Made by a program: the position numbers and the translations under genes
Shown: in pieces, positions 39,433-54,699 of the stretch
Numbering within the stretch: the first letter of the stretch is position 1
Layout of the letters: each line of letters opens with the position of its first letter
Notes under the pieces: model-generated
Told to the model about the DNA's origin: nothing
Seen by the model: the letters and a program-made list of their open reading frames with translations, nothing else
Databases searched by the model: none
From: Eukaryota sp. GEM-RC1
Lineage: Eukaryota
Assembly: GCA_040285855.1 (NCBI GenBank)
Contig: JAUFOQ010000016.1
Span: 3,348,001 to 3,412,000 of the forward strand
DNA: 64,000 bases
Direction of reading: 5' to 3'

Positions 39433-42400
39433 TGTTAGTGAAGATAACGATACCTAGTAGAAATCTTCACCTCTGATGACGTGGTATCTATTCTTAAGGA
39501 TCTCTAGCAACAATAAACACTTCTTCTTTCCATTTGTATCAACGTTGACCTTACGGCAACAATAATTATTGGCCCTCACTGCAGATGTTTTCTACCCGCG
39601 TAGTTCTCCCCTCACTTTCTTCCATGAAAGTAGAAGACGTACTCCTGTTCCTACAACAGTGGAAAGTGTACTCTTCCGTCACCCCGAAAAAGGACCTTGT
39701 TCCGCCAAGGCTCTCGTCGACCCCCTCTTACTAGAGTCTTTGATTCTTACTAAGCCGGGGGTTGATGCCTCTGAAGAGGTTTTCTTGGATCACCTGAGAT
39801 CCACCACCTCGTTCTCGACGTACGAGGAATTCCACTCTGCAATACCTGAGATTAGAGTTGATGTCCGAGAAGGCGATGTCCGTGAACGAATGTCAGGCTA
39901 CCTGAGGCGTTTCCTTCAGGCGAAAAGCCGGGCTTCCGGACTGAAGTTGCCTGACTCAGCTTTTATGACACGATTTGCTAAGGGGATCCTTCCCATGGGC
40001 TTGCAAAAATCGTTGATAGCTCGGATCCGCGATGAGGTCTTCCCTGACTTCTCTACCTTAGTAGATACTGCAACGGATGAGTTGCTTGATTGTTCCAGAG
40101 TAGCCTCATGGAATAAGTCTACAAGGATTCCTGCCGAAAACTGCGATCCCTCCCGTCAAGTTGGCACGAAATCTCGTTCTTCGGATAGATCTCGCAATCT
40201 GGCTAATGGTACTTGTTTTAAGTGCCATCAGAATGGCCATTTAGCTCGCGTTTGTCCTTCTAAGGTAAAACACGAAATTCACTTCCTGTCTCATGCAAAT
40301 GACTCGTATCCAGGTCCCAAGCGTTTGTTGAACCCCCTTTCTGAGTTCAAATAAGTTCTCTGCACAGCTTCAAAAGAAATGGGAAAATGTAGTGTTAGTG
40401 AAGATAACGATACCTAGTACAGTCAACTCTCTATAAATGCACACGATTGGGGGTGTGCACTTATGGGGTGTGTTCACTTATAGAATTTCCTCTCTTTCTG
40501 CCACACCTACACCCCATATCAGCGTTGTTCACTTCATTCTCTTTTATATTGGTAATCAACAGTATATCTATGCTATCTAGAACTACATTCACCCAATTAT
40601 CTCCTAGTTCTTCCTCACTCCATCTAAAACACTGTGTTTGACTGTTCTTGACGAGACAGCTTCAAAGGAGCAGTGATGTCGTCTCTCTCTGGATGTCTAT
40701 GTAAATATCGTTGAACTCTCATGACGCAGATACGAGCTTCTTGAGAGGAAACGTCATCGTCTTCATCTTCCACAGGTGATGTGATGACATCTTCTTCATC
40801 TTCATCTTCTTCAGAAGCCATAAGTCCCCATCTTACTTTCATTGCATCAACAATTTCATCATCCGACATAGCTCTTCCTCCTTCTCTTTCAAATACGGGG
40901 TAACAGTAGTCTGATGCAGACAAGCCGTCATCGAGGTTGAGCTTTTGGATGTTACTATCTAGTTCTTCAATTTCACCATCTACTTGGAACATGCCATCGT
41001 CACTTTGGGATTGTGGCACAAAACTCCAAATACCCACACGTTCCCAACAGTTCTTTATGGTGACTTCGGACACATTTGACCATGCTTCTGCAGACCAATT
41101 CATTGCCTGTAGAACGTTGATTTTCTCAGCAGCTTTGTGGCTATTTTCGTAGTTATTGGCCTCAACTTCGTCAATTACATGAGTCAATAACAAATTTCGG
41201 TACTTCGCTTTAAAGCTCCGAATTATTCCAGCATCTAACGGTTGCAAAGTAGTGGTAGTGTTTGGAGGCAAATAAATAACTTTTAAGAAATGCAACTCCA
41301 TAGAACCTAAGGAATGCGAAGAAGCATTATCACAAAACAACACACCTTGTTTACCATAAAGTTGACAATGATTATCGAGCTCTAGACAAATTTCTTGAAA
41401 ATTAAACGTGAGCATACATGCACTTTTGTTGTTACGATAGGTAAAAGGCAATTCCTCACGATTAACGTTCTTTAAACAGCGGGGATTTTCATAACGACCA
41501 TGTACAATGGTAACTTAAATGTGCTGGTCATATTACAACACAATACCAATGTCAACCGGTCCTTGGCTGTCTTATGACCTTCAATTTTCTTGTTGGCATT
41601 GGTACGGCTTGGCTGCATCCGGTAGTACAATCCAGTTTCATCAAGATTGAATACAAATTCAGCATCAAACCCTTCTAATTTATCGTCAATGTTCTGTAAA
41701 AAGCTTGACACTGCCGGTTTGTCACGTGAAGCAGCTTCACCGCTCAGTCGCAGAGAGCGAATGTTGTATCGATTTTTGAATTTGTATAACCAACCCCCAT
41801 CCAACACAATTTCATTATCAGAAATTTGAAAAACTGTTCTAAAGGTCTTTGCTTTGGTCGTTATGACTTCGTCAGTCATCACAATCCAGGTCCTGGTATG
41901 CCAAGAACCATTCATAGACGGCAGCATCGAACGCTGGAAATTTGACGGGTTTAATCCGTTTTGCATTACCGTTTAGAGACATGTGAGTCGCGTCATGAAG
42001 GGTTTCGGACTTCGATAAGATTCTCCCAACAGTTGTTCGATGAATCTTTAGGCCATAGGTGTTAAGAACCCACTGTATTAGCATTTGGGTGGTTCGTTTG
42101 GGCATTTGAGAGGCCTGATAGCAAACAAAACGTTTCTGGTGATAGGTCAAGGTGGTTTTCTTGGACATTAGGAAGAAGTGAGACGCAGGCAAAATTGTTT
42201 TTAAGGAAAACTGCCACTGCTACTCCTCAAATATCTTGTGGATTACAGATATGACTCAAAACAGTAGTTATAGACATGATTTATTGATTGCATGAAAGAT
42301 AGGTTAGAGAACGACGATACTATACGGATTCTACAGAAGAGTGTCAGGATTACTAGAAGCTGATAGGTTAAGCGCATCAAGTAAGGAGAGATGCGATGAT

Positions 42401-42788
42401 GAGACAACAAGAGCCTGCAGGAAGATGACGATATCGATATTCCATGAGAATCTTCCATGTTTTAAAGCAACTGACAGATAGGAAAGATCATTATGAGTAA
42501 GATTCTAGGAGGTCAAGAGAGGACACATGGTTTCACGAACTTATGTACACTATGAGAACTAACAACTCACTTATTTGTAGACATAGGGACTTTATAAGGC
42601 CTCAGGCACAGTTATAAGAAACAAACAGTGTTAAAATATTGGGGGTGTGCACTTATGGGGTGTGCATTTATAGAGAGTTGACTGTAGATATCTTCACCTC
42701 TGATGACGTGGCATCTATTCTTAAGGATCTCTAGCAATAATAAACACTTATTCTTTCCATTTGTATCAACGTTGACCTTACGGCAACA
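39433..42788 (+). mobile_element. Gag-only LTR element with nested pogo (40420-42684)
   Basis: LTRs, CAAA TSD, pogo TIRs. Confidence 0.9.
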
Positions 42789-44450
42789 CAAACATCCTAA
42801 AAAGGCACCTTCACGCATATAACGAGCTTTGGAAAACCAATTCCACCAAATCTCACAGCAGCAAATGAATGACGATGAATGGAAAGTTTTTTCGACTCTA
42901 CCAGCTCTGACAAAAACTCTGTTTTCAGAGCGTTAAAACGACGAGAAAGGTCTACCGTAAGCTCAGGAGGTAACCCACGTAAAAAATGATTGACTTTACC
43001 TGCAAAACAAACTTGCGATGTTTGCAAAAAAGGGCATTTAAGGATGCTAACAATGAAGTGTCTCCACTTGATTTTTCAGAACAATACAAGAGAAACAAAT
43101 ATCATGTTCCCTTGACTACTCTCAAACATTCTAGAAATGTTGAGTACGAATTATGTCCTTTTGCCATTTCAATTTATGATCGACTTGGTAAAGAAGCTCT
43201 TTGTTTTCTCTGATGTTGAGATAGTTGTAAAAAAAGAATGAACAAGAAATTTGACTTTAAGTTTTGCTTGACTTGTATTGTTCATCAAAGGATTTGGCTT
43301 ACATCTAGATTGAAGAGGTTTCCTTGATTGCACTTTTTGAGACTATACGAGCAATTTCTGCAGAAGCTGCCACTTTGAATGAAGAGATTGGTTTAAATCT
43401 AAATATTGAAAAGAACGGATTTATGTGCGGAAAAAACACATAATAAGATACAAATAAATAAACACTATTAAAACAAATTATCAAACGAACTACCTAATTC
43501 CGAAAAGTAGTTGCCTCCAAACAACTTGGACAAAATGGAATCAACATATCTATACAGACTTAAAAATCGAACCGAAATTTCCAATGAAACTGCAAAAGGC
43601 TGAAAGACGATATTATTGTGTCTTCGTGAATTCAATGCAGCAACTTGATGTCCGTACTTAGACACTTTGGCGTTCTCAGCGTCTTTCAGCGGATCATTTG
43701 AGGGATTCAAAATGTTGGCAATAGCTGAAGCTTTGCAAGGATCAACAGTCGTAAAATCAACAACAATTTCTTGGCATGACAACCAAGGGCCAATAAAATC
43801 ACCACGTTTCTGAGTAGAATCAGGGTGATCTGAGAGATGAGAAAGTAATGGTTCGACTTTGCCATGGAAACCATTCGCCTTAAACATTTCCAAACATGTA
43901 TCTCGAAGACTGTTGTGCAAAATTGAACGACAATATATGAACTTTGAACAATTGACCAAATGATGAAAGCTAGCCTTATGTTTGTTTTTACAGATACACG
44001 TGCTGTTCTGTAACAAACCAAATGGCCAAAAACCTAAACGAAGTCTCATGCTAACAAGCCATTCATGATCTTTTTAGATTAAAAATAAATCTCCCTGGCA
44101 ATTGAGTAATGAAAGTAGATGCTGAATCACTACTCATGTCTTGTAAAAATGCACAGAAAGCGGGACTTTTAACTTTAGCCAAGCTAATGCAGTTAGTATA
44201 GTCCAAGCTCTCATGAAAAGATACAAATTTCTTCTGAAATTTTCTAACACTAAGAGGAAGGGAAAAAAGCGTACGTTGAGGTGTTTCCGTCACAGATGCA
44301 GGGAACAAGGATTCCCAAACATCAGGGTTCATACCATCTACAAGATTTTGAAGTGATATAAGCCATTGACAAGGCGAATATCGAATGAGATCTTCTTTAG
44401 ACCAAAGTAAGGGATAACGTAACTTAAATTCATACAGCAGATTCTTCAAA

Positions 44451-47400
44451 TGTTAGTGAAGATAACGATACCTAGTAGATATCTTCACCTCTGATGACGT
44501 GGCATCTATTCTTAAGGATCTCTAGCAACAATAAACACTTCTTCTTTCCATTTGTATCAACGTTGACCTTACGGCAACAATAATTATTGGCCCTCACTGC
44601 AGATGTTTTCTACCCGCGTAGTTCTCCCCTCACTTTCTTCCATGAAAGTAGAAGACGTACTCCTGTTCCTACAACAGTGGAAAGTGTACTCTTCCGTCAC
44701 CCCGAAAAAGGACCTTGTTCCGCCAAGGCTCTCGTCGACCCCTTCTTACTAGAGTCTTTGATTCTTACTAAGCCGGGGGTTGATGCCTCTGAAGAGGTTT
44801 TCTTGGATCACCTGAGATCCACCACCTCGTTCTCGACGTACGAGGAATTCCACTCTGCAATATCTGAGATTAGAGTTGATGTCCGAGAAGGCGATGTCCG
44901 TGAACGAATGTCAGGCTACCTGAGGCGTTTCCTTCAGGCGAAAAGCCGGGCTTCCGGACTGAAGTTGCCTGACTCAGCTTTTATGACACGATTTGCTAAG
45001 GGGATCCTTCCCATGGGCTTGCAAAAATCGTTGATAGCTCGGATCCGCGATGAGGTCTTCCCTGACTTCTCTACCTTAGTAGATACTGCAACGGATGAGT
45101 TGCTTGATTGTTCCAGAGTAGCCTCATGGAATAAGTCTACAAGGATTCCTGCCGAAAACTGCGATCCCTCCCGTCAAGTTGGCACGAAATCTCGTTCTTC
45201 GGATAGATCTCGCAATCTGGCTAATGGTACTTGTTTTAAGTGCCATCAGAATGGCTATTTAGCTCGCGTTTGTCCTTCTAAGGTCAAACACGAAATTCAC
45301 TTCCTGTCTCATGCAAATGACTCGTATCCAGGTCCCAAGCGTTTGTTGAACCCCCTTTCTGAGTTCAAATAAGTTCTCTGCACAGCTTCAAAAGAAATGG
45401 GAAAATGTAGTGTTAGTGAAGATAACGATACCTAGTACAGTCAACTCTCTATAAATGCACACGATTGGGGGTGTGCACTTATGGGGTGTGTTCACTTATA
45501 GAATTTCCTCTCTTTCTGCCACACCTACACCCCATATCAGCGTTGCTCACTTCATTCTCTTTTATATTGGTAATCAACAGTATATCTATGCTATCTAGAA
45601 CTACATTCACCCAATTATCTCCTAGTTCTTCCTCACTCCATCTAAAACACTGTGTTTGACTGTTCTTGACGAGACAGCTTCAAAGGAGCAGTGATGTCGT
45701 CTCTCTCTGGATGTCTATGTAAATATCGTTGAACTCTCATGACGCAGATACGAGCTTCTTGAGAGGAAACGTCATCGTCTTCATCTTCCACAGGTGATGT
45801 GATGACATCTTCTTCATCTTCATCTTCTTCAGAAGCCATAAGTCCCCATCTTACTTTCATTGCATCAACAATTTCATCATCCGACATAGCTCTTCCTCCT
45901 TCTCTTTCAAATACGGGGTAACAGTAGTCTGATGCAGACAAGCCGTCATCGAGGTTGAGCTTTTGGATGTTACTATCTAGTTCTTCAATTTCACCATCTA
46001 CTTGGAACATGCCATCGTCACTTTGGGATTGTGGCACAAAACTCCAAATACCCACACGTTCCCAACAGTTCTTTATGGTGACTTCGGACACATTTGACCA
46101 TGCTTCTGCAGACCAATTCATTGCCTGTAGAACGTTGATTTTCTCAGCAGCTTTGTGGCTATTTTCGTAGTTATTGGCCTCAACTTCGTCAATTACATGA
46201 GTCAATAACAAATTTCGGTACTTCGCTTTAAAGCTCCGAATTATTCCAGCATCTAACGGTTGCAAAGTAGTGGTAGTGTTTGGAGGCAAATAAATAACTT
46301 TTAAGAAATGCAACTCCATAGAACCTAAGGAATGCGAAGAAGCATTATCACAAAACAACACACCTTGTTTACCATAAAGTTGACAATGATTATCGAGCTC
46401 TAGACAAATTTCTTGAAAATTAAACGTGAGCATACATGCACTTTTGTTGTTACGATAGGTAAAAGGCAATTCCTCACGATTAACGTTCTTTAAACAGCGG
46501 GGATTTTCATAACGACCATGTACAATGGTAACTTAAATGTGCTGGTCATATTACAACACAATACCAATGTCAACCGGTCCTTGGCTGTCTTATGACCTTC
46601 AATTTTCTTGTTGGCATTGGTACGGCTTGGCTGCATCCGGTAGTACAATCCAGTTTCATCAAGATTGAATACAAATTCAGCATCAAACCCTTCTAATTTA
46701 TCGTCAATGTTCTGTAAAAGCTTGACACTGCCGGTTTGTCACGTGAAGCAGCTTCACCGCTCAGTCGCAGAGAGCGAATGTTGTATCGATTTTTGAATTT
46801 GTATAACCAACCCCCATCCAACACAATTTCATTATCAGAAATTTGAAAAACTGTTCTAAAGGTCTTTGCTTTGGTCGTTATGACTTCGTCAGTCATCACA
46901 ATCCAGGTCCTGGTATGCCAAGAACCATTCATAGACGGCAGCATCGAACGCTGGACATTTGACGGGTTTAATCCGTTTTGCATTACCGTTTAGAGACATG
47001 TGAGTCGCGTCATGAAGGGTTTCGGACTTCGATAAGATTCTCCCAACAGTTGTTCGATGAATCTTTAGGCCATAGGTGTTAAGAACCCACTGTATTAGCA
47101 TTTGGGTGGTTCGTTTGGGCATTTGAGAGGCCTGATAGCAAACAAAACGTTTCTGGTGATAGGTCAAGGTGGTTTTCTTGGACATTAGGAAGGAGTGAGA
47201 CGCAGGCAAAATTGTTTTTAAGGAAAACTGCCACTGCTACTCCTCAAATATCTTGTGGATTACAGATATGACTCAAAACAGTAGTTATAGACATGATTTA
47301 TTGATTGCATGAAAGATAGGTTAGAGAACGACGATACTATACGGATTCTACAGAAGAGTGTCAGGATTACTAGAAGCTGATAGGTTAAGCGCATCAAGTA

Positions 47401-47805
47401 AGGAGAGATGCGATGATGAGACAACAAGAGCCTGCAGGAAGATGACGATATCGATATTCCATGAGAATCTTCCATGTTTTAAAGCAACTGACAGATAGGA
47501 AAGATCATTATGAGTAAGATTCTAGGAGGTCAAGAGAGGACACATGGTTTCACGAACTTATGTACACTATGAGAACTAACAACTCACTTATTTGTAGACA
47601 TAGGGACTTTATAAGGCCTCAGGCACAGTTATAAGAAACAAACAGTGTTAAAATATTGGGGGTGTGCACTTATGGGGTGTGCATTTATAGAGAGTTGACT
47701 GTAGATATCTTCACCTCTGATGACGTGGCATCTATTCTTAAGGATCTCTAGCAACAATAAACACTTCTTCTTTCCATTTGTATCAACGTTGACCTTACGG
47801 CAACA
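44451..47805 (+). mobile_element. Gag-only LTR element with nested pogo (45438-47701)
   Basis: LTRs, CAAA TSD, pogo TIRs. Confidence 0.9.
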
Positions 47806-49466
47806 CAAACATCCTAAAAAGGCACCTTCACGCATATAACGAGCTTTGGAAAACCAATTCCACCAAATCTCACAGCAGCAAATGAATGACGATGAATGGA
47901 AAGTTTTTTCGACTCTACCAGCTCTGACAAAAACTCTGTTTTCAGAGCGTTAAAACGACGAGAAAGGTCTACCGTAAGCTCAGGAGGTAACCCACGTAAA
48001 AAATGATTGACTTTACCTGCAAAACAAACTTGCGATGTTTGCAAAAAAAGGGCATTTAAGGATGCTAACAATGAAGTGTCTCCACTTGATTTTTCAGAAC
48101 AATACAAGAGAAACAAATATCATGTTCCCTTGACTACTCTCAAACATTCTAGAAATGTTGAGTACGAATTATGTCCTTTTGCCATTTCAATTTATGATCG
48201 ACTTGGTAAAGAAGCTCTTTGTTTTCTCTGATGTTGAGATAGTTGTAAAAAAAGAATGAACAAGAAATTTGACTTTAAGTTTTGCTTGACTTGTATTGTT
48301 CATCAAAGGATTTGGCTTACATCTAGATTGAAGAGGTTTCCTTGATTGCACTTTTTGAGACTATACGAGCAATTTCTGCAGAAGCTGCCATATTGAATGA
48401 AGAGATTGGTTTAAATCTAAATATTGAAAAGAACGGATTTATGTGCGGAAAAACACATAATAAGATACAAATAAATAAACACTATTAAAACAAATTATCA
48501 AACGAACTACCTAATTCCGAAAAGTAGTTGCCTCCAAACAACTTGGACAAAATGGAATCAACATATCTATACAGACTTAAAAATCGAACCGAAATTTCCA
48601 ATGAAACTGCAAAAGGCTGAAAGACGATATTATTGTGTCTTCGTGAATTCAATGCAGCAACTTGATGTCCGTACTTAGACACTTTGGCGTTCTCAGCGTC
48701 TTTCAGCGGATCATTTGAGGGATTCAAAATGTTGGCAATAGCTGAAGCTTTGCAAGGATCAACAGTCGTAAAATCAACAACAATTTCTTGGCATGACAAC
48801 CAAGGGCCAATAAAATCACCACGTTTCTGAGTAGAATCAGGGTGATCTGAGAGATGAGAAAGTAATGGTTCGACTTTGCCATGGAAACCATTCGCCTTAA
48901 ACATTTCCAAACATGTATCTCGAAGACTGTTGTGCAAAATTGAACGACAATATATGAACTTTGAACAATTGACCAAATGATGAAAGCTAGCCTTATGTTT
49001 GTTTTTCCAGATACACGTGCTGTTCTGTAACAAACCAAATGGCCAAAAACCTAAACGAAGTCTCATGCTAACAAGCCATTCATGATCTTTTAGATTGAAA
49101 ATAAATCTCCCTGGCAATTGAGTAATGAAAGTAGATGCTGAATCACTACTCATGTCTTGTAAAAATGCACAGAAAGCGGGACTTTTAACTTTAGCCAAGC
49201 TAATGCAGTTAGTATAGTCCAAGCTCTCATGAAAAGATACAAATTTCTTCTGAAATTTTCTAACACCAAGAGGAAGGGAAAAAAGCGTACGTTGAGGTGT
49301 TTCCGTCACAGATGCAGGGAACAAGGATTCCCAAACATCAGGGTTCATACCATCTACAAGATTTTGAAGTGATATAAGCCATTGACAAGGCGAATATCGA
49401 ATGAGATCTTCTTTAGACCAAAGTAAGGGATAACGTAACTTAAATTCATACAGCAGATTCTTCAAA

Positions 49467-52400
49467 TGTTAGTGAAGATAACGATACCTAGTAGATATCT
49501 TCACCTCTGATGACGTGGCATCTATTCTTAAGGATCTCTAGCAACAATAAACACTTCTTCTTTCCATTTGTATCAACGTTGACCTTACGGCAACAATAAT
49601 TATTGGCCCTCACTGCAGATGTTTTCTACCCGCGTAGTTCTCCCCTCACTTTCTTCCATGAAAGTAGAAGACGTACTCCTGTTCCTACAACAGTGGAAAG
49701 TGTACTCTTCCGTCACCCCGAAAAAGGACCTTGTTCCGCCAAGGCTCCTCGTCGACCCCTTCTTACTAGAGTCTTTGATTCTTACTAAGCCGGGGGTTGA
49801 TGCCTCTGAAGAGGTTTTCTTGGATCACCTGAGATCCACCACCTCGTTCTCGACGTACGAGGAATTCCACTCTGCAATATCTGAGATTAGAGTTGATGTC
49901 CGAGAAGGCGATGTCCGTGAACGAATGTCAGGCTACCTGAGGCGTTTCCTTCAGGCGAAAAGCCGGGCTTCCGGACTGAAGTTGCCTGACTCAGCTTTTA
50001 TGACACGATTTGCTAAGGGGATCCTTCCCATGGGCTTGCAAAAATCGTTGATAGCTCGGATCCGCGATGAGGTCTTCCCTGACTTCTCTACCTTAGTAGA
50101 TACTGCAACGGATGAGTTGCTTGATTGTTCCAGAGTAGCCTCATGGAATAAGTCTACAAGGATTCCTGCCGAAAACTGCGATCCCTCCCGTCAAGTTGGC
50201 ACGAAATCTCGTTCTTCGGATAGATCTCGCAATCTGGCTAATGGTACTTGTTTTAAGTGCCATCAGAATGGCTATTTAGCTCGCGTTTGTCCTTCTAAGG
50301 TCAAACACGAAATTCACTTCCTGTCTCATGCAAATGACTCGTATCCAGGTCCCAAGCGTTTGTTGAACCCCCTTTCTGAGTTCAAATAAGTTCTCTGCAC
50401 AGCTTCAAAAGAAATGGGAAAATGTAGTGTTAGTGAAGATAACGATACCTAGTACAGTCAACTCTCTATAAATGCACACGATTGGGGGTGTGCACTTATG
50501 GGGTGTGTTCACTTATAGAATTTCCTCTCTTTCTGCCACACCTACACCCCATATCAGCGTTGCTCACTTCATTCTCTTTTATATTGGTAATCAACAGTAT
50601 ATCTATGCTATCTAGAACTACATTCACCCAATTATCTCCTAGTTCTTCCTCACTCCATCTAAAACACTGTGTTTGACTGTTCTTGACGAGACAGCTTCAA
50701 AGGAGCAGTGATGTCGTCTCTCTCTGGATGTCTATGTAAATATCGTTGAACTCTCATGACGCAGATACGAGCTTCTTGAGAGGAAACGTCATCGTCTTCA
50801 TCTTCCACAGGTGATGTGATGACATCTTCTTCATCTTCATCTTCTTCAGAAGCCATAAGTCCCCATCTTACTTTCATTGCATCAACAATTTCATCATCCG
50901 ACATAGCTCTTCCTCCTTCTCTTTCAAATACGGGGTAACAGTAGTCTGATGCAGACAAGCCGTCATCGAGGTTGAGCTTTTGGATGTTACTATCTAGTTC
51001 TTCAATTTCACCATCTACTTGGAACATGCCATCGTCACTTTGGGATTGTGGCACAAAACTCCAAATACCCACACGTTCCCAACAGTTCTTTATGGTGACT
51101 TCGGACACATTTGACCATGCTTCTGCAGACCAATTCATTGCCTGTAGAACGTTGATTTTCTCAGCAGCTTTGTGGCTATTTTCGTAGTTATTGGCCTCAA
51201 CTTCGTCAATTACATGAGTCAATAACAAATTTCGGTACTTCGCTTTAAAGCTCCGAATTATTCCAGCATCTAACGGTTGCAAAGTAGTGGTAGTGTTTGG
51301 AGGCAAATAAATAACTTTTAAGAAATGCAACTCCATAGAACCTAAGGAATGCGAAGAAGCATTATCACAAAACAACACACCTTGTTTACCATAAAGTTGA
51401 CAATGATTATCGAGCTCTAGACAAATTTCTTGAAAATTAAACGTGAGCATACATGCACTTTTGTTGTTACGATAGGTAAAAGGCAATTCCTCACGATTAA
51501 CGTTCTTTAAACAGCGGGGATTTTCATAACGACCATGTACAATGGTAACTTAAATGTGCTGGTCATATTACAACACAATACCAATGTCAACCGGTCCTTG
51601 GCTGTCTTATGACCTTCAATTTTCTTGTTGGCATTGGTACGGCTTGGCTGCATCCGGTAGTACAATCCAGTTTCATCAAGATTGAATACAAATTCAGCAT
51701 CAAACCCTTCTAATTTATCGTCAATGTTCTGTAAAAAGCTTGACACTGCCGGTTTGTCACGTGAAGCAGCTTCACCGCTCAGTCGCAGAGAGCGAATGTT
51801 GTATCGATTTTTGAATTTGTATAACCAACCCCCATCCAACACAATTTCATTATCAGAAATTTGAAAAACTGTTCTAAAGGTCTTTGCTTTGGTCGTTATG
51901 ACTTCGTCAGTCATCACAATCCAGGTCCTGGTATGCCAAGAACCATTCATAGACGGCAGCATCGAACGCTGGAAATTTGACGGGTTTAATCCGTTTTGCA
52001 TTACCGTTTAGAGACATGTGAGTCGCGTCATGAAGGGTTTCGGACTTCGATAAGATTCTCCCAACAGTTGTTCGATGAATCTTTAGGCCATAGGTGTTAA
52101 GAACCCACTGTATTAGCATTTGGGTGGTTCGTTTGGGCATTTGAGAGGCCTGATAGCAAACAAAACGTTTCTGGTGATAGGTCAAGGTGGTTTTCTTGGA
52201 CATTAGGAAGAAGTGAGACGCAGGCAAAATTGTTTTTAAGGAAAACTGCCACTGCTACTCCTCAAATATCTTGTGGATTACAGATATGACTCAAAACAGT
52301 AGTTATAGACATGATTTATTGATTGCATGAAAGATAGGTTAGAGAACGACGATACTATACGGATTCTACAGAAGAGTGTCAGGATTACTAGAAGCTGATA

Positions 52401-52823
52401 GGTTAAGCGCATCAAGTAAGGAGAGATGCGATGATGAGACAACAAGAGCCTGCAGGAAGATGACGATATCGATATTCCATGAGAATCTTCCATGTTTTAA
52501 AGCAACTGACAGATAGGAAAGATCATTATGAGTAAGATTCTAGGAGGTCAAGAGAGGACACATGGTTTCACGAACTTATGTACACTATGAGAACTAACAA
52601 CTCACTTATTTGTAGACATAGGGACTTTATAAGGCCTCAGGCACAGTTATAAGAAACAAACAGTGTTAAAATATTGGGGGTGTGCACTTATGGGGTGTGC
52701 ATTTATAGAGAGTTGACTGTAGATATCTTCACCTCTGATGACGTGGCATCTATTCTTAAGGATCTCTAGCAACAATAAACACTTCTTCTTTCCATTTGTA
52801 TCAACGTTGACCTTACGGCAACA
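49467..52823 (+). mobile_element. Gag-only LTR element with nested pogo (50455-52719)
   Basis: LTRs, CAAA TSD, pogo TIRs. Confidence 0.9.
49619..50389 (+). CDS. gag: Open Gag ORF (256 aa); knuckle His changed to Tyr
   Basis: ATG-initiated and uninterrupted; CFKCHQNGYLARVC. Confidence 0.65.
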   Translation: MFSTRVVLPSLSSMKVEDVLLFLQQWKVYSSVTPKKDLVPPRLLVDPFLLESLILTKPGVDASEEVFLDHLRSTTSFSTYEEFHSAISEIRVDVREGDVRERMSGYLRRFLQAKSRASGLKLPDSAFMTRFAKGILPMGLQKSLIARIRDEVFPDFSTLVDTATDELLDCSRVASWNKSTRIPAENCDPSRQVGTKSRSSDRSRNLANGTCFKCHQNGYLARVCPSKVKHEIHFLSHANDSYPGPKRLLNPLSEFK

Positions 52824-53502
52824 CAAACATCCTAAAAAGGCACCTTCACGCATATAACGAGCTTTGGAAAACCAATTCCACCAAATCTCACAGCAGCAAA
52901 TGAATGACGATGAATGGAAAGTTTTTTCGACTCTACCAGCTCTGACAAAAACTCTGTTTTCAGAGCGTTAAAACGACGAGAAAGGTCTACCGTAAGCTCA
53001 GGAGGTAACCCACGTAAAAAATGATTGACTTTACCTGCAAAACAAACTTGCGATGTTTGCAAAAAAAGGGCATTTAAGGATGCTAACAATGAAGTGTCTC
53101 CACTTGATTTTTCAGAACAATACAAGAGAAACAAATATCATGTTCCCTTGACTACTCTCAAACATTCTAGAAATGTTGAGTACGAATTATGTCCTTTGCC
53201 ATTTCAATTTATGATCGACTTGGTAAAGAAGCTCTTTGTTTTCTCTGATGTTGAGATAGTTGTAAAAAAAGAATGAACAAGAAATTTGACTTTAAGTTTT
53301 GCTTGACTTGTATTGTTCATCAAAGGATTTGGCTTACATCTAGATTGAAGAGGTTTCCTTGATTGCACTTTTTGAGACTATACGAGCAATTTCTGCAGAA
53401 GCTGCCACTTTGAATGAAGAGATTGGTTTAAATCTAAATATTGAAAAGAACGGATTTATGTGCGGAAAAAACACATAATAAGATACAAATAAATAAACAC
53501 TA

Positions 53503-54699
53503 TTAAAACAAATTATCAAACGAACTACCTAATTCCGAAAAGTAGTTGCCTCCAAACAACTTGGACAAAATGGAATCAACATATCTATACAGACTTAAAA
53601 ATCGAACCGAAATTTCCAATGAAACTGCAAAAGGCTGAAAGACGATATTATTGTGTCTTCGTGAATTCAATGCAGCAACTTGATGTCCGTACTTAGACAC
53701 TTTGGCGTTCTCAGCGTCTTTCAGCGGATCATTTGAGGGATTCAAAATGTTGGCAATAGCTGAAGCTTTGCAAGGATCAACAGTCGTAAAATCAACAACA
53801 ATTTCTTGGCATGACAACCAAGGGCCAATAAAATCACCACGTTTCTGAGTAGAATCAGGGTGATCTGAGAGATGAGAAAGTAATGGTTCGACTTTGCCAT
53901 GGAAACCATTCGCCTTAAACATTTCCAAACATGTATCTCGAAGACTGTTGTGCAAAATTGAACGACAATATATGAACTTTGAACAATTGACCAAATGATG
54001 AAAGCTAGCCTTATGTTTGTTTTTCCAGATACACGTGCTGTTCTGTAACAAACCAAATGGCCAAAAACCTAAACGAAGTCTCATGCTAACAAGCCATTCA
54101 TGATCTTTTAGATTGAAAATAAATCTCCCTGGCAATTGAGTAATGAAAGTAGATGCTGAATCACTACTCATGTCTTGTAAAAATGCACAGAAAGCGGGAC
54201 TTTTAACTTTAGCCAAGCTAATGCAGTTAGTATAGTCCAAGCTCTCATGAAAAGATACAAATTTCTTCTGAAATTTTCTAACACCAAGAGGAAGGGAAAA
54301 AAGCGTGGTGACTTCGGACACATTTGACCATGCTTCTGCAGACCAATTCATTGCCTGTAGAACGTTGATTTTCTCAGCAGCTTTGTGGCTATTTTCGTAG
54401 TTATTGGCCTCAACTTCGTCAATTACATGAGTCAATAACAAATTTCGGTACTTCGCTTTAAAGCTCCGAATTATTCCAGCATCTAACGGTTGCAAAGTAG
54501 TGGTAGTGTTTGGAGGCAAATAAATAACTTTTAAGAAATGCAACTCCATAGAACCTAAGGAATGCGAAGAAGCATTATCACAAAACAACACACCTTGTTT
54601 ACCATAAAGTTGACAATGATTATCGAGCTCTAGACAAATTTCTTGAAAATTAAACGTGAGCATACATGCACTTTTGTTGTTACGATAGGTAAAAGGCAA
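53503..54699 (-). other. Chimeric in-frame ORF: pogo DDE C-half fused to non-LTR knuckle + RLE nuclease
   Basis: Deletion junction at 54306 joins WSNVSEVT to TLFSLPLG in frame; 398 aa. Confidence 0.8.
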
